A DNA stretch of 38,867 bases from Patescibacteria group bacterium (GTDB lineage Bacteria; Patescibacteriota; Microgenomatia; Daviesbacterales; UBA10151), in NCBI GenBank assembly GCA_035289525.1, contig DATDWU010000027.1, positions 1 through 38,867 on the forward strand. Reading direction: 5' to 3'. The position numbers were made by a program, and so were the translations under genes. Shown here piece by piece: positions 24,126-31,858 of this stretch. Within the stretch, counting starts at the first letter, position 1. Each line of letters starts with the position of its first letter. The notes beneath the pieces were generated by a model. That model worked only from the letters and a program-made list of their open reading frames with translations, had not been told where the DNA came from and did not search any database.

Positions 24126-25460
24126 ATGAAAATAATAATTCACATTGATTTTAATTCTTTTTTCGCAACTGTCGAGCAGCAGGCTAATCCGCGCTTGCGG
24201 GGAAAACCTATCGGGGTGACGGGTGGAGATAGGCTGACCCGGACGGTTATAGGTGCGGCGTCGGTTGAGGCAAAATTGCGCGGGGTTAAAACCGGAATGA
24301 GGATCCCCGAGGCTTTAAAATTGTGCCCGGATCTGACTTTGGTCAAAGGCGATTCGGATAAATACGTTGAGATTAATAAAAAATTTTTAAATATTTTAAA
24401 AGGCTATACCGATAAGATGGAGGTATTTTCGATAGATGAAGTATTTTTGGAAATCTCGAAGTCTGAAATACGAAATACGAAGTACGAAATAGATTGTAAT
24501 GTTTTGAATTCAAACTTCGAACTTTATACTTCAAACTTCCTTTTTAATCTCGCTCTAGACATTAAAGAGCAGATTAAAAAGCAGGCAGGTGAGTGGATTA
24601 CCGTTTCAATCGGCATTTCTTATAACAAAATGATGGCTAAATTGGCAGGTTCCTTATATAAACCTGACGGATTGGTCGGAATTTTTGATGAGCAGTCGGC
24701 AATGTGGATTTTAGACCGCGTGAAGCTTGATGATGTCTGCGGTATTGGATTTAGGATCAAAAAAAGATTGAACGATATGGGTGTATTCAATTTCTCTGAT
24801 TTACGCAAAGTACCGCTGCCTTTATTGCTGACGTCTTTTAAAAGTTATGGCCGGATTTTATATAATTTTGCCAGAGGTATTGACGAGCGTGAAATTGTGC
24901 CTTTTTTTGAAAAAGAAGAAGTGAAATCCATCGGTCACAGGCATACTATTAACAGGGACGTTTCAGATCCTGAGGAATTGAAACAGATTCTTTTAAAACT
25001 TTGTGAACTTGTTGCGCGCCGGGCGCGGGCTAAAAAACTGGAAGGAAAAACTGTCAGCTTTTGGTTCAGATATGCTTTCTTAAGTTTAGCTTCCCACCTC
25101 TCAGGTGGAAGCGTAAATTTGGGGGGTTTTGGGTTTTCCGGTTCCGGAATGCAAACTACAATTCCTTACACCAGCGATGGTTTGGATATTTTTAATGCCT
25201 CCTGGAACTGTTTTCTGAAACTTTGGGACGGTAGTCCGGTACGGATGGTTGGTGTTTCCCTCTCCAATTTAAAATCCGCCACCCCGCAAAACTTAACTTT
25301 TCTTGAAGATATAAACAGAAGGGAAGTTATCACCCGCGCTTTGGATAAAATTAATGACAGGTATGGTGAATTTACGTTGCAAAGAGGCATATTGCTCAAC
25401 TCAAGAAATATCCGAAGAATGGCCAATTCTTTTATGTCGGACAGGCGGTTTAAGATTTGA
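24126..25460 (+). CDS. dinB: DNA polymerase IV (Y-family), carrying two in-frame repeat insertions
   Basis: HIDFNSFFATVEQ, SIDEVFLE, SIGISYNKMMAKLAGSLYKPDG, and a helix-hairpin-helix VCGIGFRIKKRL. ATG at 24126. Confidence 0.85.
   Translation: MKIIIHIDFNSFFATVEQQANPRLRGKPIGVTGGDRLTRTVIGAASVEAKLRGVKTGMRIPEALKLCPDLTLVKGDSDKYVEINKKFLNILKGYTDKMEVFSIDEVFLEISKSEIRNTKYEIDCNVLNSNFELYTSNFLFNLALDIKEQIKKQAGEWITVSIGISYNKMMAKLAGSLYKPDGLVGIFDEQSAMWILDRVKLDDVCGIGFRIKKRLNDMGVFNFSDLRKVPLPLLLTSFKSYGRILYNFARGIDEREIVPFFEKEEVKSIGHRHTINRDVSDPEELKQILLKLCELVARRARAKKLEGKTVSFWFRYAFLSLASHLSGGSVNLGGFGFSGSGMQTTIPYTSDGLDIFNASWNCFLKLWDGSPVRMVGVSLSNLKSATPQNLTFLEDINRREVITRALDKINDRYGEFTLQRGILLNSRNIRRMANSFMSDRRFKI
24457..24540. 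repeat. Imperfect palindrome of tandem 7-mers inside dinB
   Basis: The left arm gaagtctgaaatacgaaatacgaagtacgaa pairs with the right arm ttcaaacttcgaactttatacttcaaacttc (23 Watson-Crick plus 1 G-T of 31). Encodes KSEIRNTKYEIDCNVLNSNFELYTSNF. Confidence 0.7.
25086..25119. repeat. 34-nt dispersed hairpin repeat inside dinB (partner at 9085-9118)
   Basis: ttagcttcccacctctcaggtggaagcgtaaatt. Forms gcttcc(c)acc-tctca-ggtggaagc, a 9-bp stem with one bulge. Encodes ..LSLASHLSGGSVN.. Confidence 0.7.
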
Positions 25461-25485
25461 AGATATTTAGTGTAAACTTAAATTA

Positions 25486-26190
25486 ATGAAGTTCCTGCTG
25501 CCTGTTTTGATTATAGCCCTCGTCCTTTTGCTTAACCGGACTTATGCTTATTACTACGACTATATTAAAGACCATTTTCAAAAAGCTCCTGCTCAAACCA
25601 TATTAAGCGAAAAAGATGAAAATTCAAGTTTTATTGCGCTTGGTGACAGTTTAATGGTTGGAGTGGGGACTGGGGAGGGTGATGAAAGTTTGGGTCTGTT
25701 GCTTTACAAAGCGAAGATTGGGAATAAAGCATTAAAATATGTTAATCTGGCCATTCCGGGATCGACAATAAAACAAGTTTTGAAAGAACAATTACCAAGG
25801 GCTTTGCAATCTCGTCCTAAAATTGTATGGCTTCTGGCGGGCATTAATGACGTTCACGATTTTACCCCAAAAAAAGAATTTGAAAAAGATTATCGTTTGA
25901 TTGTTGATGGTTTGATTGCCTCGGGTGGGCAAATAACCCTAATTAATATTCCTTATTTGGGCTCAAGTTCAATTTTGCTTCCGCCCTGGAATTTATTTAT
26001 GGATTTTCAAACTAAGCAGTACAATGCCATTATTGATAAAATTGCCCGGGAGAAAGGCCTAAAAATGATTGACCTTTACAAACTGAGCCGGGAAAAATTT
26101 ATAGATAGCTCGGATTTGTATTCGGAAGATCTTTTTCACCCTTCCGGCCGGGGGTACATTCTCTGGTCGGACTATATAAATGCAAATTAA
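25486..26190 (+). CDS. SGNH/GDSL hydrolase family protein (secreted or anchored)
   Basis: Block I ALGDSLMVG, block III LAGINDV, block V DLFHPS. N-terminal signal/TM. Confidence 0.75.
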   Translation: MKFLLPVLIIALVLLLNRTYAYYYDYIKDHFQKAPAQTILSEKDENSSFIALGDSLMVGVGTGEGDESLGLLLYKAKIGNKALKYVNLAIPGSTIKQVLKEQLPRALQSRPKIVWLLAGINDVHDFTPKKEFEKDYRLIVDGLIASGGQITLINIPYLGSSSILLPPWNLFMDFQTKQYNAIIDKIAREKGLKMIDLYKLSREKFIDSSDLYSEDLFHPSGRGYILWSDYINAN

Positions 26191-27277
26191 CGTTCCCGAT
26201 CCGGTTACCCAAACCTACCTATTTTCCCTGGTTTTCTTTACTGCCCTTTTCTTAAGCGTCCGCAAAAAAGAAGCCGGGTTAACCATGAGCCGTGAAGTGA
26301 CAACCGAACTTAAAGGCTTTGCGATTTTAGCTGTGGTTTTTTCCCATATAGGTTATTTTCTCTCAACCGATGACCGGTTTCTTTTCCCGTTATCAATTTT
26401 AGCCGGCACAGGGGTTAATTTATTTTTATTCTTATCAGGATTCGGGTTAACAGCTTCGGCTTTAAAAAAACCGCTCTCGATTGTTAAGTTTTACAAAAAA
26501 AGGTTGTCTAAACTTTTTTTACCGTTATGGTTGACGATAACCTTGATTGTAATTGCCGATTCGATTTTTCTGGGTAAAAGCTATCCTTTGCTGGTTTTGA
26601 TCAAAAATTATTTAGGTTTTTTCCCAAGTGCCGACATCTTTACCGATTTAGACTCTCCTCTTTGGTATTTTACGCTAATTTTCTTTTATTATTTACTTTT
26701 TCCGCTTTTGTTTTGGAGAAAATTTTCTTATTTGGCCGCGCCTTTAATGTTGGTTGTAACCTTCTATCTTCTTAAACAACCTTTGCCTATTAAAGAGCCG
26801 GTGCTTAACTTATACAAACTCCATTTTATTTCTTTTCCGTTGGGCGTGTTTTTTGCCCAAGTTATTTACCATGAGGATTTGACTCCGATTAAGGCTGCGG
26901 CTAAGCATTTTTATTCCAAATTTAATTTGAGTTTAGTTTCAATCCCATTTTTTGCAGCTATTTTTTATTATACGTCGTTTAATTCCGGTGTGGGTTTAAG
27001 TAAAACTATTGAACAGACGATAAGTCTGGTAACGACACTATCCGCGGTTTTCTTATTTGCGGTAATAAATCTTAAATTCAAGTTGTTCTCTTTTTTTGGA
27101 AAATATTCTTATGAAATATACCTGGTTCATTGGCCTATTTTAGCCAAATACGGGTTTTTATATTTATACATGCCGGCATTTTTAGCGACCCTGGTGTATT
27201 TAATAATATTTATTTTATTGGGATTATTGATGCAGCGGATTCAGGAAAAATTAGTTTTTAAACGGTGGCGACTTTGA
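26180..27277 (+). CDS. Acyltransferase family 3 (AT3) membrane O-acyltransferase
   Basis: LKGFAILAVVFSHI near the N-terminus and about 10 TM helices. Overlaps the SGNH gene by 11 nt. An alternative start is ATG at 26285. Confidence 0.75.
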   Translation: MQINVPDPVTQTYLFSLVFFTALFLSVRKKEAGLTMSREVTTELKGFAILAVVFSHIGYFLSTDDRFLFPLSILAGTGVNLFLFLSGFGLTASALKKPLSIVKFYKKRLSKLFLPLWLTITLIVIADSIFLGKSYPLLVLIKNYLGFFPSADIFTDLDSPLWYFTLIFFYYLLFPLLFWRKFSYLAAPLMLVVTFYLLKQPLPIKEPVLNLYKLHFISFPLGVFFAQVIYHEDLTPIKAAAKHFYSKFNLSLVSIPFFAAIFYYTSFNSGVGLSKTIEQTISLVTTLSAVFLFAVINLKFKLFSFFGKYSYEIYLVHWPILAKYGFLYLYMPAFLATLVYLIIFILLGLLMQRIQEKLVFKRWRL

Positions 27278-28682
27278 TAGTATTGGTTGTTCCTGAAACT
27301 CCAGCAGTTGTACCCGTCACCACAACGACTTTGTCGTTCTTTTTTAATCCATGGCCCCGGGCAATTTCGCTTAAAATATGATCCATGAAAATATTAAAAT
27401 TGGCAGACGGTTTAACGACAGCCGGCTCGACTCCCCAGACCAGACTAAGCTGGTTACGGGTTTGGCCGTCATGAGTGACGGCTATAATTTTGGTATTTGG
27501 CCGGAAAGCCGAAGTGATTTTGGCGGTTTTGCCTGTAGCCGTACCGGTCACTATAGCTTTGGCACCGACTCTTAAGGCTAGGGATGTCGCAGAAGCGGCG
27601 ATAGCCATTAAACTCATTTCCTGTTTAGTCAATTTTTCCCAATGAATATTGATAGCGTGATGATAATCGGGATGGGATTCAACCGAATTGATAATGTCTT
27701 TCATGGTTGCGACTGCCTCAACCGGGTATTTGCCCGATGCCGATTCGGCTGATAACATAACTGCGTCAACCTGATCTAATACGGCGTTGGCAACGTCCGA
27801 AACTTCGGCGCGGGTAGGCCGGGGATTTTCGGTCATTGACTCAAGCATCTGGGTCGCAACTATAACCGGTTTTTGGTACTGGCGGCAGAGATTAATGATC
27901 CGTTCCTGGTAAATCGGGACCTGGGCGGTTTCGGTTTCGATAGCCAAATCTCCCCGGGCCACCATAATGACGCTTGATAACTTCATGATTTCTTCCAGGT
28001 TGTCGATGGCTTTTTTCTTCTCAATTTTGACGATTATTTTTACTTTCGGATTGTGGTCCGCTATTAGTTTCAGGACCGGTTCGATATCTTTGGCTGTTTG
28101 GACGAATGATAGGGCGATATAATCAACACCTTCTTTTAAGGCAAAAATTGCATCGGATCTGTCTTTGGCAGTGAAGCTGGCGTCTTTTAAATTGGTGTCG
28201 GGAACATTTACGCCTTTGTTTGAAGAAATAACGCCGTTATTTAAGGCTTTGACGGTAATAGTTTTCCCGCTGATTCCGGTAATTTTTACTGCTATTAATC
28301 CGTCATTTAAAAACATCCGCTCGCCCGGTTTAATAAAAGGAGTAAGGTCAAATTGAATAGGCAGTTCGGTTTCATCTTTAGGTTCGGTGGAAATTTTGAG
28401 AATCTCACCGGATGAGATCTGTCTGATTCCGTCAATAGTCCCGAGGCGGAGTTTAGGGCCTTGTAAATCGGCAAAAACGGCGATTGGTTTTTTTAACTCA
28501 TCGGAGATTTGGCGTGCATAGCCGATTTGTTTGGCTTTTTCTTCCTGGTTGCCGTGGGACATGTTTAATCTGACGACATCCATGCCCTCTTTGGCCATTT
28601 TTTTCATGGTCTGATAATCCCAGGAGGCCGGGCCGATGGTGCAGACTATCTTGGTTTTACGGAAATTTGAAAGTGAATCCAT
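27258..28682 (-). CDS. pyk: Pyruvate kinase
   Basis: KTKIVCTIGPAS, VVRLNMSHG, MVARGDLAIE, ATQMLESM. 474 aa. Confidence 0.95.
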   Translation of the reverse strand: MDSLSNFRKTKIVCTIGPASWDYQTMKKMAKEGMDVVRLNMSHGNQEEKAKQIGYARQISDELKKPIAVFADLQGPKLRLGTIDGIRQISSGEILKISTEPKDETELPIQFDLTPFIKPGERMFLNDGLIAVKITGISGKTITVKALNNGVISSNKGVNVPDTNLKDASFTAKDRSDAIFALKEGVDYIALSFVQTAKDIEPVLKLIADHNPKVKIIVKIEKKKAIDNLEEIMKLSSVIMVARGDLAIETETAQVPIYQERIINLCRQYQKPVIVATQMLESMTENPRPTRAEVSDVANAVLDQVDAVMLSAESASGKYPVEAVATMKDIINSVESHPDYHHAINIHWEKLTKQEMSLMAIAASATSLALRVGAKAIVTGTATGKTAKITSAFRPNTKIIAVTHDGQTRNQLSLVWGVEPAVVKPSANFNIFMDHILSEIARGHGLKKNDKVVVVTGTTAGVSGTTNTIKVATV

Positions 28683-28730
28683 TTATGTCCTATAGTTGAA
28701 TTTTACAACTTTGAGGGTAGAATGTAAAGA

Positions 28731-28845
28731 GTATTAAGTAGTAAGCATCAAGTATTAAGCAAAGATTTGCATGGGTCATTTATTAGTGGCTTAAATTCTC
28801 AACCTAAATCTTGATAATTCCCGCTTAATACCTAATACTTAATAC
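28731..28845. repeat. Inverted arrays of tattaag-type 7-mers flanking the pyk / SDR divergent intergenic region
   Basis: Left arm gtattaagtagtaagcatcaagtattaagc (28731-28760). Right arm gcttaatacctaatacttaatac (28823-28845). The terminal 10-mer and 9-mer are exactly complementary. Confidence 0.55.
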
Positions 28846-28846
28846 A

Positions 28847-29794
28847 ATGAAAATCTTGGTAACCGGCGGTGCAGGCTTTTTAGGATCAAATTTGTGCGGC
28901 AGACTTTTAAAAGAGGGACATGAAGTTTTTTGCCTGGACAATTTGGTTACCGGTAAAAAAAATAACATCGAAGAATTTTTAACAAATCCGTTGTTTAAGT
29001 TTGAAAATCTGGATGTAACTGACGTTGGCGAGTTAAAGGATATTGATTTTGACCGGGTTTATCATCTGGCATCCCCTGCCTCGCCCAATAAGCATAGTTC
29101 AAAGAGCTATTTGAGCCTGCCTTTTGAGACTATGAAGGTCAATTCTTTAGGAACCTGGGTCCTTGCCCAATTTGCAGCGGATCATAAAGCCAGATTTTTA
29201 TTTGCCTCAACTTCGGAAATTTACGGCGATCCTTTAGAGCACCCCCAAAAAGAAGATTACCGGGGCAATACTTCAACCACCGGAATCCGCAGCGTTTATG
29301 ATGAGGCAAAAAGGTTCGGTGAAACGGTTGTTTCCGCTTTTGTCCGCTACAAAAATCTGGACGGGCGGATAATCCGGATTTTTAACACTTACGGCCCGAA
29401 GATGGATTTGGAAGACGGCCGGGCAGTTATAGAATTTGTCACCCGCGCCTTAAAAAATGAAGAAATCCCGGTTTTCGGTGACGGGAGCCAAACCCGCTCA
29501 TTTTGCTATGTTGACGATTTAATTGACGGGATAATTAAGGTTATGGAGTCGGAGGGAACTTCAGGTGAGGTTTTTAATCTGGGCAATCCGGATGAATTCA
29601 CTATTTTAGAACTGGCAGAAATAGTAAAGAAGGTCACCGGTTCGACTTCGGAAATAAAACTGGCCGAGGAGCTGCCTGAGGATGATCCGAAAAGAAGGAA
29701 GCCTGATATAGACAAAGCCAGAAGAGTTTTGGGTTGGGAACCGAAAGTAAAACTTGAAGAAGGACTTGCTAAGCTTACAGACTACCTAAAGTAA
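28847..29794 (+). CDS. UDP-glucuronate decarboxylase (UDP-xylose synthase)-like NAD-dependent SDR
   Basis: [32 protein letters not shown], and RIFNTYGP are typical of UXS/ArnA-C-terminal-type decarboxylases. Confidence 0.8.
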   Translation: MKILVTGGAGFLGSNLCGRLLKEGHEVFCLDNLVTGKKNNIEEFLTNPLFKFENLDVTDVGELKDIDFDRVYHLASPASPNKHSSKSYLSLPFETMKVNSLGTWVLAQFAADHKARFLFASTSEIYGDPLEHPQKEDYRGNTSTTGIRSVYDEAKRFGETVVSAFVRYKNLDGRIIRIFNTYGPKMDLEDGRAVIEFVTRALKNEEIPVFGDGSQTRSFCYVDDLIDGIIKVMESEGTSGEVFNLGNPDEFTILELAEIVKKVTGSTSEIKLAEELPEDDPKRRKPDIDKARRVLGWEPKVKLEEGLAKLTDYLK

Positions 29795-29927
29795 AGCCCG
29801 CACAGACTTCGTTTTTATTCTCGAACCAGAAGTTGGCATAATTTGTCATCCGGGACACTTGAGCAATATGAGGTTTTGAGGAAATCAGAAAGCTTTTAAA
29901 ATTATATTTACGAGTCTTTATGGCAAT

Positions 29928-30974
29928 TTATACTTTATTTTTCTGAAACTGATCTGCGAGGGGTTTTGTATCCCCCCTAAATATATATTGATCTATTGCC
30001 TCCTGATATGCTCTTCTTGATCGTTCATCTCTTTTGATACCTCTCCAATTTACTAGAGGTAAACCTTTATGAGCTAAATAGGTATCAACTAACGTTCGGG
30101 TCATTGTATGGTTGTAATCTGGGTGGGGATGTATTGCTAAATAAGTTCCAGTAATCCATGTAGGAGATTCGGAACGATCGGCAACTCGTGATCCTAATAC
30201 CATATCATTGTACCAAGTTAAATACATATCTACAGTATCTCTAAATTCCCTGACAGAATTACTGCCAAAATAAAAGCCCAGTCTAAAGTTTTGACTAATT
30301 TCGGCAATTCCTCGATCAATCCTTGACTGTTTATCTCTGTATAAAGTTATCCCTTCTGAGGTTGGTCTTACCAATTTAACAGTATCTCTGTACGCTTGCT
30401 CTAAATCTGCTAAATTCACCCGACCTAGACTCGTAAATGCTGTAACATTTTGCGCCCTAGCTTTTTCTTTTGCATCTCCTTCCCGTTGTGTCCCATTTAC
30501 TACTACAACCTGTGATATAGCGGCTAACCAATCCTCGGGGTCCTTAAAATCTTCTGCAAATGCTAGTCTTGGACTATACTCATCTATAGTTAAATCAATT
30601 CCTTTTGGAGCTATCCTGTCTTCACCGGCAGGTCTATGATAATTTCTTACAGCATCATGAGCTAATTTAGCAAATCCGACAACTTCCCTTTGATTCATTG
30701 CTGTATCTGTTGAGAGAGATAAAACGAGATTTGTTAAGGTGGGTTCAAATTCCTCCCAAGCATGAGTTTTAGCAAGTTTATTAAGAGCTCCAAACCTACC
30801 TGCTTCTCTAACTTCAGTTGGAAGGGATGGATATAAACCAATAACCGACTCTCTTAGACCTAAAGCAGAACCTAAACCAGCAATATTCGCTTCCGCCCAC
30901 TTAAGTACTGGATGAGTAGAGTGTCCCACATAAAACGCGGGGACACCTTCTCTTTCATTTCGTTGTAAAGTCAT
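29928..30974 (-). CDS. Fic-fold-like protein with a degenerate active-site motif
   Basis: Residues 282-293, HPHPDYNHTMTR (nt 30096-30131), align with the Fic motif HPFxDGNGRxxR. The downstream TLVDTYLAHKGLPLVNW...DERSRRAYQEAI parallels the Fic post-motif helix and the ..G.P.i....r..Y..al.. pattern. Confidence 0.5.
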   Translation of the reverse strand: MTLQRNEREGVPAFYVGHSTHPVLKWAEANIAGLGSALGLRESVIGLYPSLPTEVREAGRFGALNKLAKTHAWEEFEPTLTNLVLSLSTDTAMNQREVVGFAKLAHDAVRNYHRPAGEDRIAPKGIDLTIDEYSPRLAFAEDFKDPEDWLAAISQVVVVNGTQREGDAKEKARAQNVTAFTSLGRVNLADLEQAYRDTVKLVRPTSEGITLYRDKQSRIDRGIAEISQNFRLGFYFGSNSVREFRDTVDMYLTWYNDMVLGSRVADRSESPTWITGTYLAIHPHPDYNHTMTRTLVDTYLAHKGLPLVNWRGIKRDERSRRAYQEAIDQYIFRGDTKPLADQFQKNKV

Positions 30975-30980
30975 CGGCGA

Positions 30981-31009
30981 AGTATATAGGAAAAGAAAAA
31001 ATTTATCAA
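30981..31009 (-). promoter_or_regulatory. Sigma70-like promoter (TTGATA-17-TATACT), 6 nt from the ATG at 30974
   Basis: Minus strand reads TTGATAaattttttcttttcctaTATACTtcgccgATG. Confidence 0.5.
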
Positions 31010-31024
31010 ACTATAAGACTAAAA

Positions 31025-31088
31025 GCACGCCCGGAGGGATTAAGATCGCTTCGCTAACCTTCCCTCGCTCCGCGAGGTCGAACTAGCT
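31025..31088 (-). repeat. tRNA-sized remodelled partial copy of tRNA-Arg(UCU) that retains the exact 3'-terminal 17 nt
   Basis: gcacgcccggagggatt at 31025-31041 is identical to 31225-31241, at an offset of exactly 200 bp. The upstream part (minus strand) contains the hairpin CCTCGC-GGA-GCGAGG and an AGCT.GTTCGA D-like stretch. Confidence 0.6.
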
Positions 31089-31184
31089 TTCTAATTAAAA
31101 ATCCCTGCTGACTCTGATTAAATTAAATTATGTTACTTTTGAAGACTTCTGGGTTAAATCGCTGTTGGAATTCTCTTGGGAGTT

Positions 31185-31224
31185 AGATTTAAAATTTCAG
31201 AATGAATCCCGAAATTTTAAATCT
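31185..31224. other. Perfect 14-bp AT-rich inverted repeat abutting the tRNA-Arg(UCU) 3' end
   Basis: agatttaaaatttc (31185-31198) and gaaattttaaatct (31211-31224) with a 12-nt loop. It begins 1 nt after the discriminator position. Confidence 0.6.
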
Positions 31225-31225
31225 G

Positions 31226-31298
31226 CACGCCCGGAGGGATTCGAACCCCCGACCTAAACGTTAGAACCGTCTTGCTCTATCCACTGAGCTACGGGCGC
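31226..31298 (-). tRNA. tRNA-Arg, anticodon UCU, no encoded CCA
   Basis: Minus strand reads GCGCCCG-TA-GCTC-AGTGGATA-GAGC-A-AGACG-GTTCTAA-CGTTT-AGGTC-GGGGG-TTCGAAT-CCCTC-CGGGCGT-G. There is a G1-U72 wobble and an unusual G32. Followed by CAG. Confidence 0.8.
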
Positions 31299-31368
31299 TT
31301 TCATTCATGCGCTGGAGCGAAGTGGAGAGGCGAGTCATTGAAGTCTCATCCACATAAGCTACGTGCGC
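31299..31368 (-). pseudogene. Decayed 70-nt tRNA-Arg-like copy directly upstream of tRNA-Arg(UCU)
   Basis: On the minus strand, GCGCACGTAGCTTATGTGGATGAGAC matches the tRNA 5' 26 nt at about 21 positions. The 3' part TCGCTCCAGCGCA resembles TCCCTCCGGGCGT. No foldable cloverleaf. Confidence 0.5.
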
Positions 31369-31444
31369 ACTTGGAGTATTATATCAATTTAGACCAGTCA
31401 CACAAAACTTTATTATTAGCGACTTATAGTGTAATATAATAATT

Positions 31445-31810
31445 ATGCCAATCATATTTACAACCGGACAAAAGGAACGTCCAGTGGTTATCAGGTCTTT
31501 GCCAGGAGAAACTGAAGAGTGTATTAGGGCTTCTGCAGGAAATGTTACTGCGACAGTAGCTGATAAATTGGGTCTTTTGAGGTCAGAGAGAGATCGTGAG
31601 TGGGGTTATAGCGCTGTGAGAAGTTTAGGTAGGATTGGAATGGATCCTCATAATGCCGCGAGGCTCGTTGGCGCTGCTGCGGCGGATAGAGCAGGAATGG
31701 GAGTAAGGTTTAAAATTCAATTTTTAGGAGATGAAACCGGTGGACCAAGGATATATTATGAATTCCAGCCAACAAGAATCAATCTCGAGGAATACCTTTC
31801 GAAGCCCTAA
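31445..31810 (+). CDS. Hypothetical protein (orphan)
   Basis: Intact 121-aa ORF. An AT-rich -10-like sequence (taatat/tataat) lies directly upstream of the ATG. Confidence 0.4.
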   Translation: MPIIFTTGQKERPVVIRSLPGETEECIRASAGNVTATVADKLGLLRSERDREWGYSAVRSLGRIGMDPHNAARLVGAAAADRAGMGVRFKIQFLGDETGGPRIYYEFQPTRINLEEYLSKP

Positions 31811-31858
31811 TCTTCTTTGATTTGACAATCTTTTATATATTCTGTTAAAGTTTTTGTA

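Noticed and set aside
19598-31110. Shared motif TTAAAA(A)TCCCT(T)GC in the tRNA-His B flanks (19598, 19786) and in the tRNA-Arg(UCU) mini-segment (31095-31110), as a candidate integrase arm site.
   Set aside because: The core is only about 8-10 nt and AT-rich. A similar string (tataatcccttg) occurs at the yhhQ promoter at 9149. It is too short to separate from chance without genome-wide statistics.
19493-31444. A classical genomic island bounded by tRNA-His and tRNA-Arg(UCU).
   Set aside because: The interval has no integrase, transposase, relaxase or phage genes. It contains core genes (pyk, dinB, the UXS-like SDR). The direct repeats of the tRNA ends are only 125-200 bp apart and do not bracket the interval.
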